The position numbers and the translations under genes are program-made. Shown here piece after piece: positions 1-10,364 of a stretch of 36,149 nucleotides of DNA; the stretch's first letter is position 1; every line of letters begins with the position of its first letter. The notes under the pieces are model-generated. The model worked only from the letters and a program-made list of their open reading frames with translations, was not told the origin of the DNA and searched no databases. The DNA lies in assembly GCA_038087875.1 (NCBI GenBank), contig JAXLNO010000373.1:62001-98149 (forward strand), given 5' to 3'. The stretch comes from Malacoraja senta. Taxonomy: Eukaryota.

Positions 1-77
1 GCGGTCCCGTACGGGACAAACCAATTTAGCCCAATATACGGGATGTCCCGGCTAATACGGGACAGTTGGCGACCCTG
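1..77 (-). mobile_element. Terminus of a hAT-like non-autonomous DNA transposon
   Basis: Minus strand starts CAGGGTCGCCAACTGTCCCGTATT with repeated TCCCGTA subterminal motifs. A similar end, TAGGATTGCCAACTGCCCCGTA, occurs at 12523-12544. Confidence 0.5.
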
Positions 78-330
78 GTAACATATAACACATGAATGCA
101 GATGCTAAGATTAACAGTGAAGTGTAGAAAATAAATTCTGGTTAACTTTTCAAACCTTCACCCACATAATAGGTCTAGAACTTTGGGAAACATTTTACTA
201 ATGCATTGATTTCCAGTAACTTTAAAATGTAATATGGGCTGATTTGAATTGAATTGAATGGAATTGAGACCAAAGCATGGAAATAGGTCCTTCGTCCCAC
301 CATGTCCACGCCAACCATCAACCATTCACA

Positions 331-670
331 AGTTATAGGAGTAGAATTAAGCCATTCGGCCCATCCAGTCTATTCAATCATGGCTGATCTCTGCCTCCTA
401 ATCCCATTTTCCTGCCTTCTCCCCATAACCCTTGACACCTATTCTGATCAAGAATTTGCCTATCTCTGCCTCAAAAATATCCACCGACTTGGCCTCCACA
501 TCCTTCTGTGGCAATGAGTTCCACAGATTAACTATAACTTCCCTCTGACTAAAGAAGTTCCTCCTTACCTCCTTTCTAAACGAGCGCCCTTTAATTCTGA
601 GGCTGTGACCTCTAGTCCTAGACTCTCCCAAAGTGGAAACATCCTCTCCACATCCACTTTACCCAGGCCC
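331..670 (-). mobile_element. CR1/HER1-type LINE 3' fragment
   Basis: ORF 398-631 encodes GESRTRGHSLRIKGRSF..RRNFFSQR..VNLWNSLPQ, the CR1 ORF2 C-terminus, followed by the 3' UTR. Confidence 0.9.
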
Positions 671-910
671 CATTCACACTAGTTCTATGTTATCCCACTT
701 TCTCATCCACTCCCTACACACTAGGGGGCAATTTACAGAGGGGCCGATTAACCTACAGACCCGCACGTCTTTTGGATGTAGGAGGAAACCGGAGCAGCCG
801 GAGGAAACCCACGCGGTCACAGGGAGAACGTGCAAACCCCACGCACACACACACACAGACAGCACCCCAAGGTCAGTATCGAACCGGGGTCTCTGATGCT
901 GAGAGGCAGC
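671..910 (-). mobile_element. HE1-type tRNA-derived V-SINE
   Basis: Reverse complement carries a B box (GGTTCGATAC) and the V-domain GTTCTCCCTGTGACCGCGTGGGTTTCCTCCGG..CCGGTTTCCTCC. Confidence 0.85.
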
Positions 911-1199
911 TGAGATGCAGGCAGTTAAACAGGCGCACTTATCTCTATCTATGATTGGCCAATAAACTGAATGGTATCTTTGCCTTCGCTGAATGAGGTG
1001 CTATTTCCTGGGCCTTTTCCTGTCACAGTCACACACCATCAAGGACATTCATTCATCAGCAGTAGAGCTGGAGTCAGTCCAAATCACTGAACAATGAACA
1101 ATGCACAAACCCAGGGCTTCACCCATGTTACAATGAAGATTTAGTTCACTACTATTTTGCTTCTAAATCTCTCTCACACATGCTGGCATTTGCCCGATA

Positions 1200-1320
1200 C
1201 GTCACCCATTCCTTCTCTCCAGAAGCCAGACAAAAATGCTGGAGAAACTCAGCGGGTGAGGCAGCATCTATGGAGCAAAGGAAATAGGTGACATTTCGGG
1301 TCGAGACTCTTCTTCAGACC
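1200..1320 (-). mobile_element. Short Penelope-derived element with hammerhead core
   Basis: Minus 1287-1320 reads GGT CTGAAGA AGAGTC TC GACCC GAAA TGTC ACC, followed by the family body GATGCTGCCTCACCCGCTGAGTTTCTCCAGCATTTTTGTC. Confidence 0.8.
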
Positions 1321-1332
1321 TTACAGAGAATT

Positions 1333-1610
1333 CAGCGCCGGAGACCCGGGTTCGATCCCGACCACGGGTGCTGTCTGTGCGGAGTTTGCACGTTCTCCCC
1401 GTGGCCAGCGTGGGTTTTCTCCGAGATCTTCGGTTTCCTCCCGCACTCCAAAGACGTGCAGGTTTGTAGGTCAATTGGCTCGGTAAATGTAAAAATTGTC
1501 CCTAGTGTGTGTAGGATAGTGTTAGTGTGCGGGGATCGCTGGTCGGCGCGGACCCGGTGGGCCGAAGGGCCTGTTTCCGTGCTGTATCTCTAACACTGAA
1601 ACTAAAACTT
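1333..1610 (+). mobile_element. HE1-type V-SINE
   Basis: B box GGTTCGATCCC, V-domain, and CR1-shared tail GGGCCGAAGGGCCTGTTTCCGTGCTGTATCTCTAA. Confidence 0.9.
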
Positions 1611-1825
1611 TACCCTCTGGCTAAAGAAATTCCTCCTCATCTCCTTTCTACAGGTACACCCTTTTATTCAGAGGCTGTGCCCTCTGGTCCTAGGCTCTCC
1701 CACGAGTGGAAACATCCTTTCCACATCCACCCTGTCCAGGCCTTTCATTATTCGGTAAGTTTCAGAGATCCCTCCTCATCCTTCTAAACTCCAGCGAGTA
1801 CAGGCCCAGTGCCGTCAAACGCTCA
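1611..1825 (-). mobile_element. CR1 LINE fragment
   Basis: Homologous by eye to the other CR1 copies (CCTCATCCTTCTAAACTCCAG; GGCTGTGCCCTCTGGTCCTAG). Confidence 0.8.
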
Positions 1826-2185
1826 GTTTGGTTTAGTTGACTTTAGTTTAGTTTAGCTCATTACTGTCACGTGTACCAAGGTACAGTGAAAAGCTTTTTA
1901 GTTGCACGCTACAAGCCGTCCACGGTACGCAGATGTTTTTATGTTTTCATGTTAAATTTCTTCCTTAATGTCATGTTGTATTTTCATTAGTATTAGTGTG
2001 CTGCAAGGACATTTGAATTTCCCCTGAAAAGGGGATTAATAAAGTATTTATTATTATTAGATACAGGATAAAGGGAATAATGTTTAGTTCAAGATAAAGT
2101 CCAAATATAGATAGGCCGAGGGCCTCCAATGAGGTCGATCAGGACCGCTCTCTGGTAGGTGAGAGGACAGTTCAGTTGCCTGATC
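1826..2185 (-). mobile_element. Rex1/Babar-like LINE 3' end with a nested plus-strand LINE tail (~1935-2058)
   Basis: Reverse complement matches the AAAAGCTTTTCAC..(CTAAA)n tail seen at 6285-6325. The nested piece ends TGAATTTCCCCTGAAAAGGGGATTAATAAAGT(ATT)n. Confidence 0.55.
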
Positions 2186-2721
2186 ATATTGGTACGTGCA
2201 AGTTTGCATTCAGGATGAATAGACCAGTAAACAGAATAAGCAGGATATACAAACCTGCAGGTTTCTGCTGCAAACTAATACGACGAACGTATAATTATCC
2301 CGCAGGCGAGTAAAATGACTGCACTGTTTGAGAATGCAGCCGAGAGTCGAGTGGGAGAGGTAAAGAATGTGGATGGATGCGTTCATTTGGTTAGGTTGGG
2401 TGATGGCGGGGATGGTGTAACAAAGGGGCTGCTGTGTATGTTTAGCCGTGCCTTTCTCAAATGCTCAATTTACCAACCAGTCCCAAGCCATGAAATAGCC
2501 CCGGCAAAAACAACAATCTAAGTTGTGCCGTGAACCCTTTCCTCACACCACGCCGCTTCACGAATCATCGCGTATTTTCACCTTTACTTCGCAGGCTTCC
2601 CTTCAGTTTAGTTTAGATATACAGCGCGGAAACAGGCCCTTCGGCCCACCGAGTCCGCACCCACCAGCGATCCCCGCACACTAACACTGTCCTACACACA
2701 CTAGGGACAATTAGAGTCATT

Positions 2722-2928
2722 AAGGGCCTGTCCCACTTGCCGATTTTTTTCGGCGACTGCCGGCGTCATATCAGCGTCGACAAAAGATTTTGAACATTTC
2801 AAAATCCAGCAGCGACAACAAAAAAAGTTGCGGCATTTGAAAAAAACACCGCGCGTCAATACGTCATCCCGCCGCGGATTTTGATGCCGGCAGTCGGTGA
2901 AAAAAATCGCCAAGTGGGACAGGCCCTA
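2722..2928. mobile_element. MITE with ~45-bp TIRs (copy 1)
   Basis: AGGGCCTGTCCCACTTGCCGATTTTTTTCGGCGACTGCCGGC ... GCCGGCAGTCGGTGAAAAAAATCGCCAAGTGGGACAGGCCCT. A second copy lies at 5350-5577. Confidence 0.9.
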
Positions 2929-3005
2929 TAGATGGATACAGTGTGGAAACAGGTCCTTCGGCCCAACTTGCCCACACCGGCCAACAATGTCCCACCTACA
3001 CTAGA

Positions 3006-3555
3006 CATGGAGTATTGTGTGCAGTTTTGGTCCCCTAATTTGAGGAAGGACATTCTTGCTATTGCGGGAGTGCAGCATAGGTTCACCAAGTTAATTCCAG
3101 GGATGGCGGGACTGTCAAATGCTGAGAGAATAAAGCGGCTGGGCTTGTCCACTCTGGAGTTTAGAAGGATGAGAGGGTATCTTATTGAAACATATAAGAT
3201 TATTAAGTGTTTGGACACGCTCGAGGCAGGAAACATGTTCCCGATGTTGGGGGAGTCCGGAACCAGGGGCCACAGTTTACGAATAAGGGGTAAGCCATTT
3301 AGAACGGAGACGTGGAAACACTTTTTCCTCACAGAGTGTTGTGAGTCTGTGGAATTCTCTGCCTCAGAGGGCGGTGGAGGCAGGTTCTCTGGATGCGTTC
3401 AAGAGAGTTAGATAGACAGGGCTCTTAAAGATAGAGGAGTCAGGGGATATGGGGAGAAGGCAGGAACGGTGTGGGTGATCAGCCATGATCACATTGAATG
3501 GCAGTGCTGGCTCGAAGGGCCAAATGGCCTACTCCTGCACCTATTGTCTATTGTC
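3006..3555 (+). mobile_element. CR1/HER1-type LINE, 5'-truncated
   Basis: Encodes EYCVQFWSPNLRKDILAI.GVQ.RFTKLIPGM..RGYLIETYKII..TRGHSLRI and ends in a (CTATTGT)n tail. Confidence 0.95.
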
Positions 3556-3750
3556 CACGGGGACTCTGGCCTTCCATCAACGCTGGTCGCCACGGGAGGT
3601 CGAGTGTATTGTTGATAAATGTTGGTGACATATTAATTTGATGACTGTTTGTCTGGGAGCTCAACATAGGCAGCCTTTTGATCGTGTTAATACTTGTTTT
3701 TATTTTCTGAATAAAAGTATTTGTATATATATATATATTTTTAATTTAAA
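3554..3750 (+). mobile_element. Tx1/L1-like LINE 3' end
   Basis: Reads STGTLAFHQRWSPREVECIVDKC, then with a 1-nt shift GDILI*, like recalled Tx1-clade ORF2 C-termini. Followed by a T-rich UTR, AATAAA near 3709 and an A-rich end. Confidence 0.5.
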
Positions 3751-4098
3751 ATAAAAGTTAAAATTTCCCATTGGCTGTTCCATGTTTTATTGCCTTCGTC
3801 TGCAACAATTGTAGAGTCCATTTGCAAGTTTTATTCCATAGTCAAGAGAGGCCAGCTGTGTGTACTGTAACCCAGACATTTTACAAGAGTTTTGTAATTT
3901 TCTTTTATGATCTTTATTCGTTGCTCATATCTTCTGTTGCTTCCATAAACAATTATAATCCTCCACCTTAACAAGAGACTACAGTGTAGAACCATTGTTA
4001 TCATCACATTTACCTCAGGATTTGTTTGATGTTATCGGCAATGGGCAAGGTCACTTAACACTTTGATCTTCAACTTCTCAGCAATCCCGAGATGGGAT

Positions 4099-4545
4099 CA
4101 GTTTAGTTTAGATACAGGGTGCAAACAGGCCCTTCAGCCCACCGACCCACGCGGACCACCGGTCACCCGCTCACAGTACACACTAGTTCTACGTTATCCC
4201 ACGTTCTCATCCACTCCCTACACATTAGGGGGCAATTTACAGAGGGCCGATTAACATACAAACCCGCACGTCTTAAGTGTGGGTGGAAACCGGAGCACCC
4301 GGAGGAAACCCACGCGGTCCACAGGGAGAATGTTTTTCAAGGAAATACCTCAGTACACATGACAATAAACAAAACTAAAGTGTCTCGACATGAAACGCCA
4401 CCTATTCCTTTGCTCCAGAGATGCTGTCTGACCCGCTGAGTTACTCCAACTAAATGAGAATGTGCAAACTCCACACAGACAGCATCCGAGGTCAGGATCG
4501 AACTCTGGTCTCTGAGTGCAGTGAGGCTGCTCCACTTTGCTGCCT
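4099..4545 (-). mobile_element. HE1-type SINE interrupted by a Penelope-derived fragment (~4382-4448)
   Basis: SINE tail and V-domain at 4099-4330, head at 4455-4545. The insert reads GTCTCGACATGAAACGCCACC..GATGCTGTCTGACCCGCTGAGTTACTCCA. Confidence 0.8.
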
Positions 4546-4714
4546 AGTTTTAAACAATGATATTCTATTCAGCAAATTACTTTGCAAGTCAATTTAACCA
4601 AACTCACCATCACTAATATTGGTGAAAGTATATCATTGAATCCACAAAACTCACCATTAGATTGTCAAGGAACATGGTGATGGCAATCTAAAAATTCTTC
4701 AGCTGCAATAAACG

Positions 4715-5003
4715 GGCACACATTAGCGCGGAGGGTAGAGTTGCTGCCTCACAGCGCCAGAGATCCAGGTTCAATCCCGACCTCGGGCGCTGCCTGTGCG
4801 GAGTTTGCACGTTCTCCCTTGGGTTTCCTCCGGGTGCTCCGGTTTCCTCCCACATCCCAAAGACGTACATGTTTGCAGGTTAATTGGCTTCTGTAAATTG
4901 CCCCTAGTGTGTAGAATAGAACTAATGTGAACGGGGTGATCGCTGGTCGGTGCAGAATCGTTGGGCCGAAGGGTCGGTTTCTGGGCTGTATCTCTAAAGC
5001 TAA
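4715..5003 (+). mobile_element. HE1-type V-SINE
   Basis: tRNA-like head GGTAGAGTTGCTGCCTCACAGCGCC, B box GGTTCAATCCC, V-domain and CR1-like tail. Confidence 0.9.
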
Positions 5004-5207
5004 AAGAAAGTAAGGTTGCACCTTGTGAAATCCAGAACTAGGATTCACTTTAATACCCGAGGTCACTAGAAATGTCGTCATTAAAACCGTTTCTGCCACA
5101 TTGAAGATACGGACTGAAACTATCAAGTGTTCCACTGCCTAAGAAGTGGGAAGTCTTTCAATGCCAGCATATATTAAAATCAACCTTTTGATTAAAATTA
5201 TAGTCGT

Positions 5208-5787
5208 GGAGATGTACAGCACGGAAACAGGCCCTTCGGCCCAACTTGCCTGCACCGGCCAACCTGTCCCATCTACACTAGTCCTACCTGACCGCGTTTG
5301 GCCCATATCCCCCCCCCCCCCAAACCTGTCCTATCCATGTACCTGCCTAAAGGCTCTGTCCCACTTGGCGATTTTTTCGGCAACCGCCGGCGTCATATCG
5401 GTGTCGCCAAAAGATTTTGAACATTTCAAAATCCAGCGGCGACAAAAAAAATGTTGCGACACTTGAAAAAACACCGCGCGTCAATACGTCGTCACGACGC
5501 AAATTTTCCGGTGACCTGATACGTCAGTCAATGATGCCGGCAGTCGCCGAAAAAATCGCCAAGTGGGACAGGCCCTTTAACGGTTTCTTAAACGATGGGT
5601 AAGTCTCAGCCTCAACTACCTCCTCTGGCAGCTCGTTCCATACACCCACCAGCCTGTGTGTGAAAAAGTTACCCCTCAGATTCCTATTAAATCTTTTCCC
5701 CTTCACCTTGAACCTGTGTCCTCTGGTCCTCGATTCACATACTCTGGGCGAGAGACTCTGTGCATCTACCAGATCTATTCCTCATAT
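5208..5787 (-). mobile_element. CR1 LINE 3' fragment (distinct subfamily), host of MITE copy 2
   Basis: Encodes KGKRFNRNLRGNFFTHRLVGVWNELPEEVVEA. Matches the plus-strand copy at 20231-20550. Confidence 0.9.
5350..5577. mobile_element. MITE with TIRs (copy 2), TA target duplication
   Basis: acctgccTA[AAGGCTCTGTCCCACTTGG ... CCAAGTGGGACAGGCCCTT]TAacggtttc. Removing it restores the CR1 sequence seen intact at 20400-20430. Confidence 0.9.
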
Positions 5788-5829
5788 TGTATTTTCTTGC
5801 ATAATCATTTTTCTTTAAGCCGAACTGAG

Positions 5830-6325
5830 TGGCACCCCGGCCACTCCCTCTCCCCTCTCCCATCAGACAAGAGGTACAGAAGTGTGAAAACCCACACCAC
5901 CAGATTCAGGGACAGTTTCTTCCCAGCTGTTATCAGGCAACTGAATCATCCCACCACAACCAGAGAGCAGTCCTGAACTAATATCTACCTCTTTGGTGAT
6001 CCTCTGACTATCCTTGATCGGACTTTGCTGGCTTTACCTTGCACTAAATGTTTAAGAAGGAAGTGCAGATGCCGGAAAAATCGAAGGTAGATAAAAATGC
6101 TGGAGAAACTGAGCAGGTGAGTCACCTATTCCTTCCCTCAATAGATGCTGCCTCACCCGCTCAGTTTCTCCAGCGTTTTTATCTACCTTGCACTAAATGT
6201 TATTCCTTTCTCATGTATCTATACACTGTAAATGGGTTGATTGTAATCATGTATTGTCATTCCGCTGACTGCTTAGCACACAACAAAAGCTTTTCACACA
6301 TAACAATAACCTGAACTGAACTCAA
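5830..6325 (+). mobile_element. Rex1/Babar-like LINE 3' end, interrupted at 6053-6183
   Basis: Encodes HPGHSLSPLPSDKRYRSVKTHTTRFRDSFFPAVIRQLN, the typical Rex1/Babar ORF2 C-terminus, then a UTR ending (CTGAA)n. Confidence 0.85.
6053..6183. mobile_element. Fold-back Penelope-derived insertion with an 18-bp flanking direct repeat
   Basis: Arms GGTAGATAAAAATGCTGGAGAAACTGAGCAGGTGAG and CTCACCCGCTCAGTTTCTCCAGCGTTTTTATCTACC. TACCTTGCACTAAATGTT occurs at 6035-6052 and 6184-6201. Confidence 0.85.
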
Positions 6326-6423
6326 ATTTTAGAGTCAGTGATATCAACGTCTTTAAATTTTAATCTGCATTTGCTGCAAACTGGTTTAAATTTTTATTTA
6401 TTTGGTAAATAATTTGAAATTTA

Positions 6424-6650
6424 ATAGACAATAGGTGCAGGAGTAGGCCATTCGGCCCTTCGAGCCAGCACCGCCATTCAATGTGATCATGGCTGATCAT
6501 CCCCAATCAGTACCCCGTTCCTGCCTTCTCCCCATATCCCCTGGATTCCGCTATCTTTAAGAGCCCTATCTAGCTCTCTCTTGAAAGTATCCAGAGAACC
6601 GGCCTCCACCGCCCTCTGAGGCAGAGAATTCCACAGACTCACCACTCACC
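6424..6650 (-). mobile_element. CR1 LINE 3' end
   Basis: AGACAATAGGTGCAGGAGTAGGCCATTCGGCCCTTCGAGCC, near-identical to the ends at 7053, 10921, 13098 and 15277. Confidence 0.9.
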
Positions 6651-7052
6651 ACTCCTGATCGAACCCGGGTCTCCAGCGCTGCATTGGCTTTAAGGCAGCA
6701 ACTCTACCGCTGCGCCACCCTTTTTTTTCTTCAAAAGGACAGAACATAGAACACAGAACAGTACAGCACAGCAACAGGCCCTTCGGCCCACAATGCTCGT
6801 GACAAACAAGTTATACTAATCTCCTCTGCCTGCACGTCATCCACATCCCTCCATTCCCTGACTGTCTAAAAGCCTCTTAAACACCACTGTCGTATCTGCC
6901 AGAGATGCTGAATGTCCCGCAGAGTTACTCCATCATTTTGTGTCTATCTTCCCTATCTGTTCGTCTCATAATTTTAAATAATTCTATCAAGTCTCAGCTG
7001 AACTGAATCGAGTTCCCTCATCCTCCCCAAGCTCCAGAGAAAAAATAGAGCC

Positions 7053-7628
7053 TAGACAATAGACAATAGGTGCAGGAGTAGGCCATTCGGCCCTTCGAGC
7101 CAGCACCGCCATTCAATGTGATCATGGCTGATCATCCCCAATCAGTACCCTGTTCCTGCCTTCTCCCCATATCCCCTGACTCTGCTATCTTTAAGAGCCC
7201 TATCTAGCTCTCCCTTGAAAGTATCCAGAGAACCGGCCTCCACCGCCCTCTGACAAAGAGAATTCCTCAGACTCACAACCCTCTGTGTGGAAAAGTGTTT
7301 CCTCGTCTCCGTTCTAAATGGCTTACCCCATATTCTTAAACTGTGGACCCTGGTTCTGGACTCCCCAAACATTGGGAACATGTTTCCTGCCTCTAGCGTG
7401 ACCAAACCCTTAACAATCTTATATGTTTCAATAAGATTCCCTCTCATCCTTCTAAACTCCAGAGTATACAAGCCCAGCCACTCCATTCTCTCAGCATATG
7501 ACAGTCCCGCCATCCCGGGAATTAACCTTGTAAACCTATGCTGCACTCCCTCAATAGCAAGAATGTCCTTCCTCAAATTAGGGGACCAAAACTGCACACA
7601 ATACTCCAGGTGTGGTCTCACTAGGGCC
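7053..7628 (-). mobile_element. CR1 LINE copy A, cut by the assembly gap
   Basis: Encodes ALVRPHLEYCVQFWSPNLRKD...RVRGYGEKAGTGY* plus 3' UTR and tail. Confidence 0.95.
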
Positions 7629-7828
7629 NNNNNNNNNNNNNNNNNNNNNNNNNNNNNNNNNNNNNNNNNNNNNNNNNNNNNNNNNNNNNNNNNNNNNNNN
7701 NNNNNNNNNNNNNNNNNNNNNNNNNNNNNNNNNNNNNNNNNNNNNNNNNNNNNNNNNNNNNNNNNNNNNNNNNNNNNNNNNNNNNNNNNNNNNNNNNNNN
7801 NNNNNNNNNNNNNNNNNNNNNNNNNNNN
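7629..7828. other. Assembly gap (200 N)
   Basis: Run of exactly 200 N. The round number suggests a scaffolding gap of unknown true size. Confidence 0.98.
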
Positions 7829-8290
7829 ATCCAGTCTTTCTTCATCTGAAAGTCCTGACATCCCAGGAATCAGTCTGGTGAACCTTCTCTGCACTCCCTC
7901 TATGGCTATAATGTCCTTCCTCAGATTTGGAGACCAAAACTGTACGCAATACTCCAGGTGTGGTCTCACCAAGACCCTGTACAACTGCAGTAGAACCTCC
8001 CCGCTCCTATACTCAAATCCTCTTGCTATGAAAGCCAACATACCATTCGCTTTCTTCACTGCCTGCTGCACCTGCATGTCTACTTTCAATGACTGGTGTA
8101 CCATGACACCCAGGTCTCACTGCATCTCCCCATTTCCTAATCGGCCACCATTTAGATAATAGTCTGCCTTCTCGTTTTTGCCACCAAAGTGGATAACCTC
8201 ACAATTATCCACATTATACTGCATCTGCCAAACATTTGCCCACTCACCCAGCCTATCCAAGTCACCTTGCAGTCTCCTAGCATCCTCCTC
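7829..8290 (-). mobile_element. CR1 LINE copy B, more 5' portion
   Basis: Encodes VHQSLKVDMQVQQAVKKANGMLAFIARGFEYRS..VRPHLEYCVQFWSP..IPGMSGLSDEERLD. Overlaps the LINE region already present in copy A but is a different subfamily. Confidence 0.95.
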
Positions 8291-8845
8291 ATTTGTATTG
8301 ATAAAGAAAGTGCCGTATCAGAAACCATCGCTGATGCTGCCTGTCCGCGCGGAGTTACTCCAGCTTTTTGTGTTCATCTTTGGTTTAAACCAACATCTGC
8401 AGTTCCTTGCAACACATCTCAGCATTGACAATGTAACTGACTGAGGTCTCAGCTTCTGTTTAAAAAAATCAAAATCAGATTTTTTGGGGGGGCGGGAAGA
8501 AAATTGATAACTGAGAAAATAAATTTAATTACATGAATATGCAGTTAATATAATTTGGCAATAATGAGTTAATTGAATAATAACTAGGACATTGGATGAG
8601 ATTAGAATTGGATCCCAACATTATTTATTTATTTTCTCTCTGTATTCAGAAGGAAAAATCATATTTACTAATGGAGTTGAGAATGATCCTATAAAATATA
8701 TTGTTAGTAGGATTTGAGGTTAAGTGTTATGGAAACATAAGAAATATTTGCAAGGCATTTGTTTATCATTAATTATAAGGGCAGGACTCGTTACATTATT
8801 TGGCCTGTAGTCATTTTAAGGAAACAACTGATTCGACTCGTTGAG

Positions 8846-9436
8846 TGTACAGGGCCCTAGTGAGACCACACCTGGAGTATTGTGTGCAGTTTTGGTCCCC
8901 TAATTTGAGGAAGGACATTCTTGCTATTGAGGGAGTGCAGCATAGGTTTACAAGGTTAATTCCCGGGATGGCGGGACTGTCATATGCTGAGAGAATGGAG
9001 TGGCTGGGCTTGTATACTCGCTGAGAATTTAGAAGGATGAGAGGGGATCTTATAGAAACGTACAACATTTTTATGGGGTTGGACAGGCTAGATGCAGGAA
9101 GATTGTTCCCGATGTTGGGGAAGTCCAGGACAAGGGGTCACAGCTTAAGGATAAGGGGGAAATCCTTTAAGACCGAGATGAGGAAAAACATTTTCACACA
9201 GAGAGTGGTGAATCTCTGGAACTCTCTGCCACAGAGTGTAGTTGAGGCCAGTTCATTGGCTATATTTAAGAGGGAGTTAGATGTGGCCCTTGTGGCTAAG
9301 GGGATCAGGGGGTATGGAGAGAAGGCAGGTACGGGATACTGAGTTGGATGATCAGCCATGATCATATTGAATGGCGGTGCAGGCTCGAAGGGCCGAATGG
9401 CCTACTCCTGCACCTATTTTCTATGTATCTATGTAT
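8846..9436 (+). mobile_element. Chimeric CR1 LINE (copy A-type 5' part joined to another subfamily's 3' part)
   Basis: 8853-9019 is the exact reverse complement of 7462-7628. After ~9020 it switches to GLDRLDAGRLFPMLGKSRT..ELDVALVAKGIRGY with a (CTATGTAT)n tail, as at 30800-31093. Confidence 0.9.
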
Positions 9437-9458
9437 CAACGGGTAACATGGTGAACTC

Positions 9459-9765
9459 GGCACGGTGGCGCAGTGGGTAGAGTTGCTGCCTCACAGCGCC
9501 AGAGACACAGGTTCGATCCCGACTACGGGTGCTGTCTGGACAGTTTGTACGTTCTCCCCGTTACCGCGTGGGTTTTCTCCGGGTGCTCCGGTTTCCGCCC
9601 ACACTCCAAAGACGTACAGGTTTGTAGGTTAATTGGCTTTGGTAAGAAGTGTACTCTGTCCCGAGTGTGTGTAGGGTACTGCTAGTGTGCAGGGTGATCG
9701 ATGGTCGGCGTGGACCTGGTGGGCCGAAGGGCCTGTTTCCGCGCTGTATCTCCAAACAAAACTAA
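9459..9765 (+). mobile_element. Full-length HE1-type V-SINE
   Basis: A box TGGCGCAGTGG, B box GGTTCGATCCC, V-domain and CR1-shared tail. Confidence 0.92.
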
Positions 9766-9985
9766 GCTCATACGAGATAGGAGCAGAATTAGGCCATTCG
9801 ACCCATCATGGCTGATCTATCTCTCCCTCCTAACCCTATTCTCCTGCCTACTCCTAATAACCCTCGACGCCTGAGACACTGCAACTAAACTACTGAAAAA
9901 CAAACTTCACAAAACCAGATTATGTGATGTTTTTACTCTCAAAAATAATGTGTAGATCATGATTGTAAAGATCTTCTCTGTGCAT

Positions 9986-10364
9986 TGTCACCTTGTCGTG
10001 GTGGAGAAGCTTGTGTGGACCTGAGATCCTGAGAGCGATGCCGTCTGGAGCTATGCGGTAAGGTCGGGGGGGAGGTCTCTGACAAAGAGCAATCCAACCA
10101 AGACCTCAACGGTGGAAAAGGCGGAGGACGATGGCTGACCTTAGTGGAGCGTCACAACGGCTGGGAAGGCGGATGAAGGCTGCGGCAGAAAAGGGTCTCC
10201 GGTCGTCTTGGACTCCATGCCACTGGATCCTGACCCAGATCTGTCAAGGACCGTGGGGTGGCTGTCTGTGCTCCAGTCTCCCCACGTTAAACAAAGTCAC
10301 GCACAGGCGTCCTCCATGAGAGGACAGTCACACTCGTTTCGAGTGGACGCCGATGAAAAAGATG
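9986..10364 (+). mobile_element. Non-autonomous RTE-clade (Expander/BovB-like) derivative
   Basis: Begins CACCTTGTCGTGGTGGAGAAGCTTGTGTG..GATCCTGAGAGCGATGCCGTC..TCTGACAAAGAGC, resembling recalled Expander/BovB 5' UTRs. No RT coding sequence; ends GCCGATGAAAAAGATG. Confidence 0.65.

Noticed and set aside
7142..8104. 320-aa ORF suggesting an intact LINE ORF2
   Set aside because: It spans 200 N and joins two different CR1 copies that repeat the same LINE segment.
9459..9530. tRNA genes at A/B-box motifs
   Set aside because: Each continues into the V-domain and LINE-like tail, so these are SINE heads; no complete cloverleaf is evident.
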